64,000 nucleotides of DNA. Origin: Candidatus Lindowbacteria bacterium RIFCSPLOWO2_12_FULL_62_27 (GTDB lineage Bacteria; Lindowbacteria; 2-12-FULL-62-27). The notes below the pieces were generated by a model. The model did no database searches and was not told the DNA's origin. It worked only from the letters and a program-made list of their open reading frames with translations. Of this stretch, positions 47,356-55,861 are shown piece after piece. The position numbers and the translations under genes are program-made. Location: NCBI GenBank assembly GCA_001784175.1, contig MFPR01000037.1, positions 23,959 through 87,958 of the forward strand, written 5' to 3'. Each line of letters begins with the position of its first letter. Within the stretch, counting starts at the first letter, position 1.

Positions 47356-47903
47356 AGAACGAATTCCGTTTCGGGCGGGAACGAATCCGCCGGCTTCTCA
47401 ATCGGTTGAGCGAAATGCTCGAACGGGAGAAAATCCGGGGTGAGATTCTCCTGTTCGGCGGCGCCGCCATGGTCCTGGGGTGGAACGCCCGGCGGGCAAC
47501 CCGCGACATCGACGCGGTCTTTGAGCCTCCGGCCAGGATCAGGCGGCTGGTCAGGGAGATTGCGGAGGAGGAAGGCCTGCAGGATGCGTGGCTCAACGAT
47601 GCGGTCAAGGGGTTTATCGATCTATTGCCGGACAAGGCGGATTTCAGAAAATCCGTCTTTTCCACCGACCATCTCCACATCTATACGCCCCCGCCGGAAT
47701 ATCTTGTCGCCATGAAGGCGCTGTCCGCCCGGACGGAGGTCGAGGCCGAGGACACCCATGATCTGAAATTTCTGATAAAAAAAATGCGCCTGAAATCTCC
47801 CGCCGCCGTTTTTCGGCTGGTATCGAAGTACTATCCCAAAAGGCCCATTCCGGCCAAGACAGTGTTTTTCGTCGAATCCGTGTTCGAGGACATTGGAAAG
47901 TAG
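47352..47903 (+). CDS. Minimal nucleotidyltransferase-fold protein (DUF6036/AbiEii-like)
   Basis: LLFGGAAMVLGWNARRATRDIDAVF is the hGG...DxD NTase motif. About 183 aa from ATG 47352. Confidence 0.65.
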   Translation: MKNEFRFGRERIRRLLNRLSEMLEREKIRGEILLFGGAAMVLGWNARRATRDIDAVFEPPARIRRLVREIAEEEGLQDAWLNDAVKGFIDLLPDKADFRKSVFSTDHLHIYTPPPEYLVAMKALSARTEVEAEDTHDLKFLIKKMRLKSPAAVFRLVSKYYPKRPIPAKTVFFVESVFEDIGK

Positions 47904-48004
47904 CGATGTAGAAGTATGGCACCGTGACCGTGACCCGCCGGTGCTGGAAACTTCGATCATTCCGTAACATTAGAACATTGGTCGGGTGACCGCCGCCAAA
48001 AATT

Positions 48005-49267
48005 TTATCGGCGCTCCCGCAGGCTGAATTCCCAGGATTGCTGGAGCATGTCGCTGGACATGAAGAGCGTCTGCCGGAGGGCGTCCTCTTCTCGCCGGCC
48101 GTCTTTGAAGGCCTTGAGGAGGCGGCGGAGGCCGAAGATGCCGAAGCGCGCGTGGATGAATTGGGCGATGGAGAAGGCCTGGTCGTAGGCGAGAGTGACT
48201 TTTGTGTTGTTCTTGAAATTCCTGAGCGTGTCCGAGAGGTCCTTGATCGGCACGAGCGCGTCTCCGGTTTCCCGCGCCCGGTCCAGCGACCGCGTGGGTC
48301 GGTCGGGACCCACCGAGAGGAATTCGGCGAGGCCCTCGTTGAGCCATACCGGGATGTCGGGCCCGCCGAGGTCGAACAAAAATGCGTGGGCCACTTCGTG
48401 CGACAGCGTCTGCTCGATCGCCTCCCAGTCCGGCTCGTCCGGGATCGGCAGGCGGACCTTGCCGTCGCTGAAGATGCCGACGACGTTGGAGGTCAGATCG
48501 TGCGTGCCGGCGAACTTGTCCCTCGAGGAGTACAGCACCGCCGGGATTTCCCCCTTGGGCGCGCCGCCCAGCGCCATCCGGTGTGACTCGTAGGCGCGGT
48601 CGAGTTTCCACGCGATCGTCGACACGCTCTGCGCGGGCAGATCGGGCGAGTAGAAGATCCGGAAATGCGACCCGCGCTGCTCGAAGAAGTCTTTCTCACC
48701 CTCCATTTGTTTTCTGATTTTTTCCGAAAACGCCCGCAGCTCCTCCCGGTCCTCGATCTCGAGGGCCCGCTCGACGGACGCGAGGGATTCCTTGAGCCGG
48801 CCCTGCTCGTAGAGGCTGCGTCCCAGGGACTCGTGGGCGGACCGGGACTCCGGGTCGGTGAGGACGGCGTCGCGGAAATACTGCTGGGCGAGTTCCGGTC
48901 TTCCTTCCTCCGACTCGAACCGGCCTTTCATGATGAGCGCCTGCGCGAGGTTCTTGTTGATGCGGTCGTCCGCGCGGACCTCCTGGGCCTGCTGGAGCCA
49001 GCGCATGGCCTTGTCGGGTTCGGTGTCGTTCAGGTACTGGACGCCGAGATTGTTCATGGCCGTCGCGAGATTTTCCACGAGGGTGTCCTCGGGGTTCATC
49101 TGAACGGCGCGCTGCAGGAGCTGGATGGCTTCCTTGAACCGGCCCTTGTTCATGGCGGTGACGGCGCGGTTGTTCAGCGCGATCGGATCTTCCTTCTCCC
49201 TGGACGCGGCGAACACGGCGGCCGGGATCAGGAGGACGGCGAAGACGGCCGCGACCGGTGATTTCAC
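48005..49267 (-). CDS. Secreted TPR-repeat protein with a HExxH metallopeptidase-like domain
   Basis: TPR helices (GRFKEAIQLLQRAVQMNPED...) and LSHEVAHAF. GTG 49267 is preferred as start (GTGA overlap with the tatC stop, followed by a signal-like KSPVAAVFAVLLIPAAVFA). Confidence 0.7.
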   Translation of the reverse strand: MKSPVAAVFAVLLIPAAVFAASREKEDPIALNNRAVTAMNKGRFKEAIQLLQRAVQMNPEDTLVENLATAMNNLGVQYLNDTEPDKAMRWLQQAQEVRADDRINKNLAQALIMKGRFESEEGRPELAQQYFRDAVLTDPESRSAHESLGRSLYEQGRLKESLASVERALEIEDREELRAFSEKIRKQMEGEKDFFEQRGSHFRIFYSPDLPAQSVSTIAWKLDRAYESHRMALGGAPKGEIPAVLYSSRDKFAGTHDLTSNVVGIFSDGKVRLPIPDEPDWEAIEQTLSHEVAHAFLFDLGGPDIPVWLNEGLAEFLSVGPDRPTRSLDRARETGDALVPIKDLSDTLRNFKNNTKVTLAYDQAFSIAQFIHARFGIFGLRRLLKAFKDGRREEDALRQTLFMSSDMLQQSWEFSLRERR

Positions 49268-50037
49268 GACGAGAGCGGTTTGTAGAAAATTTTTGCGAGC
49301 ACGATCGAGACGCCGTAGAGCGCGATGAGCGGCCCGGCGAGGAGGATCATCGTGAGGGAGTCGGTGGACGGCGTGAGGAGCGCGGCCAGCACGAAGAGGA
49401 TCACGATCGCGTGCCGCCAGTAGTGCGTCAAAAAAGGCGCCGACACGATTCCGAATCGCGCCAGCACCACCGTCAGGACCGGCAGTTCCGCCATGATCCC
49501 GCAGACGAGGAGCATCGAGAGGGTGAACTTCATGTAATCGAGGATGCGCCATTCGGCGGCCAGACCAAAATCAGTGTTCAGGGTCAGAAAATATCGCAAC
49601 GCCGGCGGGAGAAGCACCTGGTGGCCGAAGGCGACACCCGCGAAAAAAAAGGCCGTTCCGAAAATCAAGAGCGGCGCCACCGCCCCGCGCTCCTTGCGCG
49701 TCAGGCCCGGCGCGATGAACTGCCATATCTCGAACAGGAGATACGGCAGCGCGACGGCCAGTCCCGCGAACGCGGCGAGCGTGAGCAGGGCCGTGAAGGA
49801 CTCGGCCACGGACAGGGTCCTCAGCGGTCCCGGCGCGTCGGCGAGTCCAACCCCGGCCTGCCGGAGCGGCCATTCGAGGAATGCGAGGAGGCGGCGGACG
49901 AAGAAGAGCGAGCCGACGAATCCGACGGCCAGCGCGATGAGGGACCGGATGAGGCACCAGCGCAGTTCCTCCAGATGATCCAAAAACGACATGCGTTTGT
50001 CAGGGGGCGAAATGCTCTCTTCGACCGGATCGCTCAT
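49264..50037 (-). CDS. tatC: Twin-arginine translocase subunit TatC
   Basis: ...MSFLDHLEELRWCLIRSLIAL... and six TM segments. Start chosen downstream of tatA (ATG 50037); ATG 49992 is also possible. Confidence 0.85.
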   Translation of the reverse strand: MSDPVEESISPPDKRMSFLDHLEELRWCLIRSLIALAVGFVGSLFFVRRLLAFLEWPLRQAGVGLADAPGPLRTLSVAESFTALLTLAAFAGLAVALPYLLFEIWQFIAPGLTRKERGAVAPLLIFGTAFFFAGVAFGHQVLLPPALRYFLTLNTDFGLAAEWRILDYMKFTLSMLLVCGIMAELPVLTVVLARFGIVSAPFLTHYWRHAIVILFVLAALLTPSTDSLTMILLAGPLIALYGVSIVLAKIFYKPLSS

Positions 50038-50065
50038 CTCAAGGGCGGGCGCGGGGGCGTGCGGT

Positions 50066-50251
50066 TCAGGCTTTGCCGTTGCGTCCCTCCGGCGGTTTGG
50101 GCGCGTCGTCTTCACCGGAAGAAGCCTTCTTCAAGGACCGGATGCTGTCGCCGATCATTTTGGCCAGCTTGGGAAGCTGTGACGGTCCGAAAATGATCAG
50201 GATGATGACGAGGATGATGGCCAACTCGCCGAACCCTATGTGGGGAAACAT
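50066..50251 (-). CDS. tatA: Twin-arginine translocase subunit TatA/E
   Basis: 61 aa, MFPHIGFGELAIILVIILIIFGPSQLPKLAKMIG. Confidence 0.9.
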   Translation of the reverse strand: MFPHIGFGELAIILVIILIIFGPSQLPKLAKMIGDSIRSLKKASSGEDDAPKPPEGRNGKA

Positions 50252-50266
50252 CTCCGATACCCTCCC

Positions 50267-51544
50267 TTACAGCGTTTTGATCGCCCGGCCCGCGCGGTCC
50301 AGGGTCTGGTCGATCACGTCGTCCGAATGGGACGCGCCGACGAACCACGATTCGAACTGCGACGGCGGCAGATACACGCCCTGCCGGAGCATGGCCCGAT
50401 GAAAGGCCGCGAACCGGCGCGTGTCGCAACGCAGGGCCTCCTCGAAGGACGAAACGTCCCGGTCCGTGAAGAACACCGTCATCATGCTGCCCACCCGTTT
50501 GAGGCGGTGCGGCACGCCAGCGCTCCGAAGGCGCCACGAAATTCCGCGCGCCAGCCGGTTGGCCCTCGTTTCCAACATCGCATACGGGGGATGGGCGCGC
50601 AAGTGCCGCAGGGTGGCGAGGCCGGCGGCGACGGCGAGCGGATTGCCGGACAGCGTGCCGGCCTGATAGACGGGGCCGAGCGGGCTCAGGCGCCGCATGA
50701 TCCGGCCGGGCCCGCCGAACGCGGCGAGCGGCATGCCGCCTCCGACAATTTTTCCGAGACACGTGAGGTCCGGCTCGATGCCGAACAATTCCTGCGCGCC
50801 GCCCGGCGCGACGCGAAAGCCGGTCACGACTTCGTCAAAAATCAGTAGCGCGCCGCACTTGCGCGTGCTGCGCCTCAGCGCCTCCAGGAACCCGACCCGC
50901 GGCGGGATCACGCCCGCGTTGGCCGCAACCGGCTCCACCACCACTGCGGCGACTTCGCGGCCGCGCGCCGTGAGGAACCGCGCGACGGCGCCGATGTCGT
51001 TGTACGGCAGGACCGTCGTGAGCCGCGCGAGCGGCGCCGGCACGCCCGGCGAACTTGGATGGCCGAACGTCGCGGCGCCGGAGCCCGCGGACACGAGGAA
51101 GCTGTCGGCGTGGCCGTGATACCCGCCGGTGAACTTGACGATCCGGTCCCGCCGGGTGACTGCGCGCGCAAGCCGCGCCGCCGACATGAGGGCTTCGGTG
51201 CCGGACGACACTAGGCGGACCTGCTCCACACCCGGAACGCTCGCGCAGATCAACTCGGCAAGATCGACTTCCTGCCGCGTGGCCGCGCCGAACGTCGTGC
51301 CCCGCTTCACCGCGGCGCTGATCGCTTTGACGACGGCCGGATGCGCGTGGCCCAGGATGAGCGGTCCCCAGGAACACATGTAGTCGATGTACTTGCGCCC
51401 CCGCTCGTCGTACATGAACGGGCCCTGCCCGCGCGCGATGAACGGCGGCGTTCCGCCGACCGCGCGAAACGCGCGAACCGGACTGTTGACGCCGCCGGGG
51501 ATTGACCGTGCGGCGCGCGCAAAAAGGTTGGATCCGCGGCTCAT
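50267..51544 (-). CDS. hemL: Glutamate-1-semialdehyde 2,1-aminomutase
   Basis: 425 aa with IPGGVNSPVRAF, DEVVTGFR and LGKIVGGGMP. Confidence 0.95.
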   Translation of the reverse strand: MSRGSNLFARAARSIPGGVNSPVRAFRAVGGTPPFIARGQGPFMYDERGRKYIDYMCSWGPLILGHAHPAVVKAISAAVKRGTTFGAATRQEVDLAELICASVPGVEQVRLVSSGTEALMSAARLARAVTRRDRIVKFTGGYHGHADSFLVSAGSGAATFGHPSSPGVPAPLARLTTVLPYNDIGAVARFLTARGREVAAVVVEPVAANAGVIPPRVGFLEALRRSTRKCGALLIFDEVVTGFRVAPGGAQELFGIEPDLTCLGKIVGGGMPLAAFGGPGRIMRRLSPLGPVYQAGTLSGNPLAVAAGLATLRHLRAHPPYAMLETRANRLARGISWRLRSAGVPHRLKRVGSMMTVFFTDRDVSSFEEALRCDTRRFAAFHRAMLRQGVYLPPSQFESWFVGASHSDDVIDQTLDRAGRAIKTL

Positions 51545-51561
51545 GGTTCTCTACTACCTTA

Positions 51562-53004
51562 TCATCCGAGCAGGCTCAATACGTTCTGGGGCAGAAGATT
51601 CGATTGCGCGAGCATGGCGTTGGCGGACTGGACGATGACCTGGGCCTTTGTGAATTCGATGATCTCGGCCGCCATGTCGGTGTCGCGGATCCGGGATTCG
51701 GCGCTTTGCATCGCCTCGCCGGCGACGCGCGCATAATCGAGCGTGAACCCGAGCCGGTTGATCTCGGCGCCGATGGAGGACCGGATCCGGGTCAGCCGGT
51801 CGATGGCGGTGTCGATGAAGGAAATGGAGTTTTCGGCGGCCGTCTGGGTGGACGCCGAAACATTCCCGGCCAGTCCCAGCGCCCGGGTGCTCACGGGCGC
51901 CTGGAGAGCGCTGGTAAAAGTCTGATTCTTGTTCGCGCCCACATGAAATTTAAACAACGTCCCGATGGCCGAATCGACCTGGGCGGCGAGGTTGGACGCG
52001 AACGTGCCGGCCAGCGACGTGAACGTCCTGCCGCCGGTCGCGTTTGGAACGCCGATGCCGTTGTCGCCGGCCACCTGTGTGGAGGCGTCCCGGTATTCGA
52101 TGTCGGCCGGCAGACCGGGATTGGCGCCGGCGCCGATGATCGCCGCGGACGTGACCACGTCGACCACGATCTCGTTGGACGTCATGAGGGCATTGGTCGA
52201 CGCGAGGATGTCGGCGCCCGTAAAATTGTTGCCGCCGTCGTCGGAGTCCTCGTCGGTCAGGATCATGAAAAACTTCCGGGCGTTCTGGCGAAAGGTGAGG
52301 TTGTTGAGGGCAAACTGGAGCGCGGCCATTCCATTTTCGGTGCCCGAACCACCCGTGCCGACGTTGCCGACGTCGGCAGCGAACTGGCCGGCGTTGCTGG
52401 TGAAGTTTCCAACGACGCTTGTGTTGGCGGCGTTGGAAAATCCGATGGTCGCCGCGCGCGCGTCGACGTTCCGATTGGCGAGTTCGCTGAAAAACGAGGG
52501 CGCGGCGGCTTTCAAGGACGCCTGTTGGCCGCCCATGCTGCCCGAATTGTCGATGATCCAGACGATGTCGGCGGTGGAGTAGTCGAATATCCGGACCTTG
52601 TTGAATTCGGCCGACGTATGAATGCGGTCGATCTCGTCCATGAGCTCGGCAATTTCCTGCTGGATGAGCGCGCGGTCCGAGTTGCTGTAAATCCCGTTGG
52701 CCGCCTGGATCAGCAGCTCCCGCATCCGCTGGAGGATGTCGTGGATATCCTGGATCGCGGCGTCGGCGGTCTGGAGGAGGGACGCGCCGTCCTGGATATT
52801 GAGGGCGGCCCTCTGAAAGCCGCGCACCTGCGCCCGCAGCCGTTCGGACACGGCCAGGCCCGCCACGTCGTCCGAGGACCGGTTGATCCGGTAGCCGCTG
52901 GACAGCCGCTCGAGCGCCTTCGAAAGCGTCCCGTTATTTAACATCGCCTGCCGGTGCGCGAACATCGCCGTGACGTTGTGCTGCACCGAATAGATACCCG
53001 ACAT
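51562..53004 (-). CDS. Flagellin with a vWA-domain insertion in the variable region
   Basis: Flagellin N-domain (LERLSSGYRINRSSDDVAGLAVSERL) and C-domain (ESRIRDTDMAAEIIEFTKAQVIVQSANAMLAQSN). The central segment carries DNSGS...GTENG...LTDEDSDDG. ATG 53004 is preferred; ATG 53031 is possible. Confidence 0.85.
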   Translation of the reverse strand: MSGIYSVQHNVTAMFAHRQAMLNNGTLSKALERLSSGYRINRSSDDVAGLAVSERLRAQVRGFQRAALNIQDGASLLQTADAAIQDIHDILQRMRELLIQAANGIYSNSDRALIQQEIAELMDEIDRIHTSAEFNKVRIFDYSTADIVWIIDNSGSMGGQQASLKAAAPSFFSELANRNVDARAATIGFSNAANTSVVGNFTSNAGQFAADVGNVGTGGSGTENGMAALQFALNNLTFRQNARKFFMILTDEDSDDGGNNFTGADILASTNALMTSNEIVVDVVTSAAIIGAGANPGLPADIEYRDASTQVAGDNGIGVPNATGGRTFTSLAGTFASNLAAQVDSAIGTLFKFHVGANKNQTFTSALQAPVSTRALGLAGNVSASTQTAAENSISFIDTAIDRLTRIRSSIGAEINRLGFTLDYARVAGEAMQSAESRIRDTDMAAEIIEFTKAQVIVQSANAMLAQSNLLPQNVLSLLG

Positions 53005-53101
53005 CACATTTCTCCCGGCCCCATCGTTCATCGACCGGCCGCGGGCGGACGGAGAAACCCCTGCCGTCTGCGGACAGACGGATACTTATGGCCTCAAATA
53101 T

Positions 53102-53139
53102 AAAACAGGCAGGGGCTGCGGTTCAGCCCCTGCCGTTTT
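53102..53139 (-). terminator. Rho-independent terminator (bidirectional hairpin)
   Basis: GGCAGGGGCTG-cggtt-CAGCCCCTGCC is a perfect 11-bp stem flanked by AAAA/TTTT tracts. It sits just downstream of the small minus-strand ORF. Confidence 0.65.
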
Positions 53140-53153
53140 GAGGATCGCGCGAT

Positions 53154-53327
53154 TTAGCCGTACAGAAGCAGATGCCTGACCTCGTCGATCAGCTTGCTCG
53201 CTTCCTCCGGTGTCTTGACCTTGGGCAGCGCGTCGTGCGCCACCAGCCGTTGTTCCCGGGCTTGCTTGACTTCCTTGCTGGGCTCCCGGAACGCGGGCAG
53301 ATTCGAGTGAATTCCCTGGACATCCAT
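53154..53327 (-). CDS. Small hypothetical protein (57 aa), probable flagellar-regulon member
   Basis: MDVQGIHSNLPAFREPSKEVKQAREQRLVAHDALPKVKTPEEASKLIDEVRHLLLYG. GGAGGTG lies upstream of ATG 53327. A sigma-28-type promoter lies further upstream and a terminator downstream. Longer in-frame starts (53450, 53483) are possible. Confidence 0.5.
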   Translation of the reverse strand: MDVQGIHSNLPAFREPSKEVKQAREQRLVAHDALPKVKTPEEASKLIDEVRHLLLYG

Positions 53328-53498
53328 GTCCCTTTCACCTCCGCATGTGGCGTCCGTCGGTCGGACGTGCCTGTATCCATCCGTGGATACGATGTCAGGG
53401 GCAGGAAAGGTCGTGGGTTGGAAAATGAGAGGACCAGTGTGAACCTCCATGTTCGCGCCAACGGCCTTCCCTGGCCTGACCAATACGGTTCATTTTAC

Positions 53499-53526
53499 TC
53501 ATCGGCCGTCGGGCGGCGGTTCTTTA
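53499..53526 (-). promoter_or_regulatory. Sigma-28 (FliA)-type promoter
   Basis: Minus strand reads TAAA-N16-GCCGATGA (atTAAAGAACCGCCGCCCGACGGCCGATGAGT). The spacing is the same as in the flgM promoter. Confidence 0.5.
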
Positions 53527-53554
53527 ATCCGCTCCAACAAGTTACAAGAGCCCC

Positions 53555-55861
53555 ATGTTGCTCAGGAACCCGGAACGGCTGATGCGGATTCAACGATGGA
53601 TCGAACGGGCCTATCTCGCGTTGTTCGAGCGCCGCTGGAGGGTGGCGGGCCTGAGCGCCGTGCTGTGCCTGGCGGCCCTGACAGGTCTCGCGCGGCTCCG
53701 CGTGAACAACACGATGGACGTATGGTTTTCCGACGAGACGCCTTCCTATGCCAGGTATCGCGCGTTCACTCGGATGTTCGGCAGCGATGAGTATCTGTTC
53801 ATCACGCTCGATATGGGAGATGTGTTTGACAGGTCCAACCTCGAAAAGCTGGAGTGGCTGACCCTCGCGCTGCGGGACCTGCCCGGCGTGGTCGAAGTCA
53901 TGGCCCTGCCGACGGCGGCGGACGTCCGGGGCGATACCGACGGCGGCATCTATGTCGACGAAGTCAGGGGCAGATTCCAAACCGAGCCGGCCGCAACGCT
54001 CCGGGCGCGCATCCTCGCCGACGAGCGCTTCGTGCAGACGCTCGTCTCGCGGGACGGCCGTGTGGCGGCGATCCTCATGAGATTTGAAAGCCCGAAGATC
54101 GGCGAGGGCCTGGTGGCGCCGGTGGAAGGCATCTTGAAGTCGGCGGATGTCCCCTACTACCTCGGCGGTTACATTTTCGCGCAACGGGAGATGGACCGCC
54201 TGACGTTCCGGGATTATTTCCTGTTCGGGACGATCTGTCTCGTGATCCTGACGGCCGTTTTCTGGATTCTGTTTCGCGACGCGTTTCTGACGGCCATCTT
54301 CGTCGGCGATTGCGTCCTGACCGTCGGCGTGGTGTTGGGATGCATGGGGCACATGGGCGTTCCCATTCATCTCATGACCGGCATCCTCCCGCCGCTGCTC
54401 ATGGCCATGGCCATCGCGGACGACATTCACCTGATCGAGCGGTTTCTGAGGATCGACCCTGCGGGTTCGATCGAGGCGCGGGTGGCGCGGTCGTCGTCGG
54501 AGGTGGCCATCCCGAGCTTTCTGTCGGGCCTGACGACCTTCGCCGGGTTTTTCAGTTTGAGCGGCGGCGAGGTCCCGGCGATCGGGCATTTCGGATTCTG
54601 GTCGGGCATCGGCATCCTGTTCACGTACGCCTTTTCCTTTTTGACCGTTCCCGTTCTCCTGACGATGCGTCCGGCGGCCGTGTGGCGCCGGCACGAGAGG
54701 CCGGCCCGGCCCGGCTGGTTTTCCGAACAGAAGCTCGTGGATTTCTGCGGCCGGCGGCGGTGGTGGCTGGTTGCGGTGTTCGCCGGGCTGAGTTTCATCT
54801 CCTTTGCCGGAATTCAACGGATCGTCATCGACACCCAGCTCACAAACTTTTTCGAGCCGGACAGCGACTTCATGCGGTCGATGGATTTCATCGAACGGCG
54901 GTTCGGAAACACAGGCCCGGTCGAAATCGTGTTGACATCGGACGCGGCCGACGGCTTGAAATCCCCGGAATTTCTGTCGAAGGCCGACGATCTGATCGCA
55001 CGGCTTGGACGCATACCGCGAATCGAAACGGTTCTCTCGATCAATCCCGTCCTGAAGACCGTGACGCGCGCGCTGTACGAGAACCGTCCCGAGGCATACC
55101 GCCTGCCGGACCGCCGGGACCTTCTGGAGCAGGAACTGTTGGTGCTGTCGCTGTCGGCCAGCGGCGAGGAGGCGCTGAACCGGTATGTCAATCCGTCATG
55201 GACTCAATTCCGAATTCAGGCGCGATTGCCCCGGATGTCCAACAACGAGGCCCTCGAAGTGTTCGACAAGATCGAGTCGGAGGTTCGGGAGGTCTTCGGC
55301 GCCGGGCAGGGATTTTATCTCTCAGGCGTGGTGGAGGCCTATTCCCGGCTGGACCGGTTCATCCTCGAGAGCCAGTTGCGAAGCCTCGCGATCACGCTGG
55401 CGGTCGTGACGCTCGTGTTCTGGCTTCAGGTGGGCCGCCCGCTCTGGGCGGTGCTGGCGCTCCTGCCGAATCTGTTTCCGATCGTCCTGATGTTCGCGAC
55501 CATGGGGCTCTTCGGCATCACCCTGAACGTGGCGACCGCCACCGTCGCTGCGATCACCCTGGGACTGGCGGACGACGATACGGTGTTTTTCTTCTACGCG
55601 TATCTGCGCCGCCGTCGCGCGGGCCAGACGGCCGGCGAGGCGCTGGCGCCCGCGCTGGACGAATGCCGGCGCGCGATCTGGCTGGCGACGCTGCTCAACG
55701 TCATCGGATTTTCCATTTTCATTTTTTCGAGTTTCCGGCCGACGGTGTATTTTGGGGTTCTGACGAGCGAAGTGTGGGCGCTGGCGCTTCTGGCCGAGTT
55801 GTTTCTCCTGCCGACGTTTCTGGTGATGCTGGACCGGAAATTCGCCGGGCCGACTCCCTGA
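53555..55861 (+). CDS. MMPL/RND-superfamily transporter (HpnN-like)
   Basis: 768 aa with two blocks of 5-6 TM helices separated by soluble domains. N-terminus ...WFSDETPSYARYRAFTRMFGSDEYLFI typical of MMPL exporters. Confidence 0.75.
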   Translation: MLLRNPERLMRIQRWIERAYLALFERRWRVAGLSAVLCLAALTGLARLRVNNTMDVWFSDETPSYARYRAFTRMFGSDEYLFITLDMGDVFDRSNLEKLEWLTLALRDLPGVVEVMALPTAADVRGDTDGGIYVDEVRGRFQTEPAATLRARILADERFVQTLVSRDGRVAAILMRFESPKIGEGLVAPVEGILKSADVPYYLGGYIFAQREMDRLTFRDYFLFGTICLVILTAVFWILFRDAFLTAIFVGDCVLTVGVVLGCMGHMGVPIHLMTGILPPLLMAMAIADDIHLIERFLRIDPAGSIEARVARSSSEVAIPSFLSGLTTFAGFFSLSGGEVPAIGHFGFWSGIGILFTYAFSFLTVPVLLTMRPAAVWRRHERPARPGWFSEQKLVDFCGRRRWWLVAVFAGLSFISFAGIQRIVIDTQLTNFFEPDSDFMRSMDFIERRFGNTGPVEIVLTSDAADGLKSPEFLSKADDLIARLGRIPRIETVLSINPVLKTVTRALYENRPEAYRLPDRRDLLEQELLVLSLSASGEEALNRYVNPSWTQFRIQARLPRMSNNEALEVFDKIESEVREVFGAGQGFYLSGVVEAYSRLDRFILESQLRSLAITLAVVTLVFWLQVGRPLWAVLALLPNLFPIVLMFATMGLFGITLNVATATVAAITLGLADDDTVFFFYAYLRRRRAGQTAGEALAPALDECRRAIWLATLLNVIGFSIFIFSSFRPTVYFGVLTSEVWALALLAELFLLPTFLVMLDRKFAGPTP

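Noticed and set aside
45256-48004. Whether the AT-richer three-gene islet is a prophage remnant, transposon or integrative element.
   Set aside because: No integrase, transposase, tRNA target, or flanking direct or inverted repeats could be found. Only a compositional shift and a REP-like element are present, so a mobile_element call is not supported.
53032-53101. Sigma-28 promoter for the vWA flagellin (GCCATAAG-like box, CCGTCTG/CAGACGG hairpin).
   Set aside because: There is no TAAA element at the required 15-16 nt spacing and the -10-like box lacks the CGA core. The promoter remains unidentified.
53328-53483. The longer 109-aa version of the small minus-strand ORF.
   Set aside because: It is not excluded, but the upstream part has no good RBS and a Pro/Thr/Gly-rich composition. 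ATG 53327 has a strong GGAGGTG, so the short form is reported with the alternative noted.
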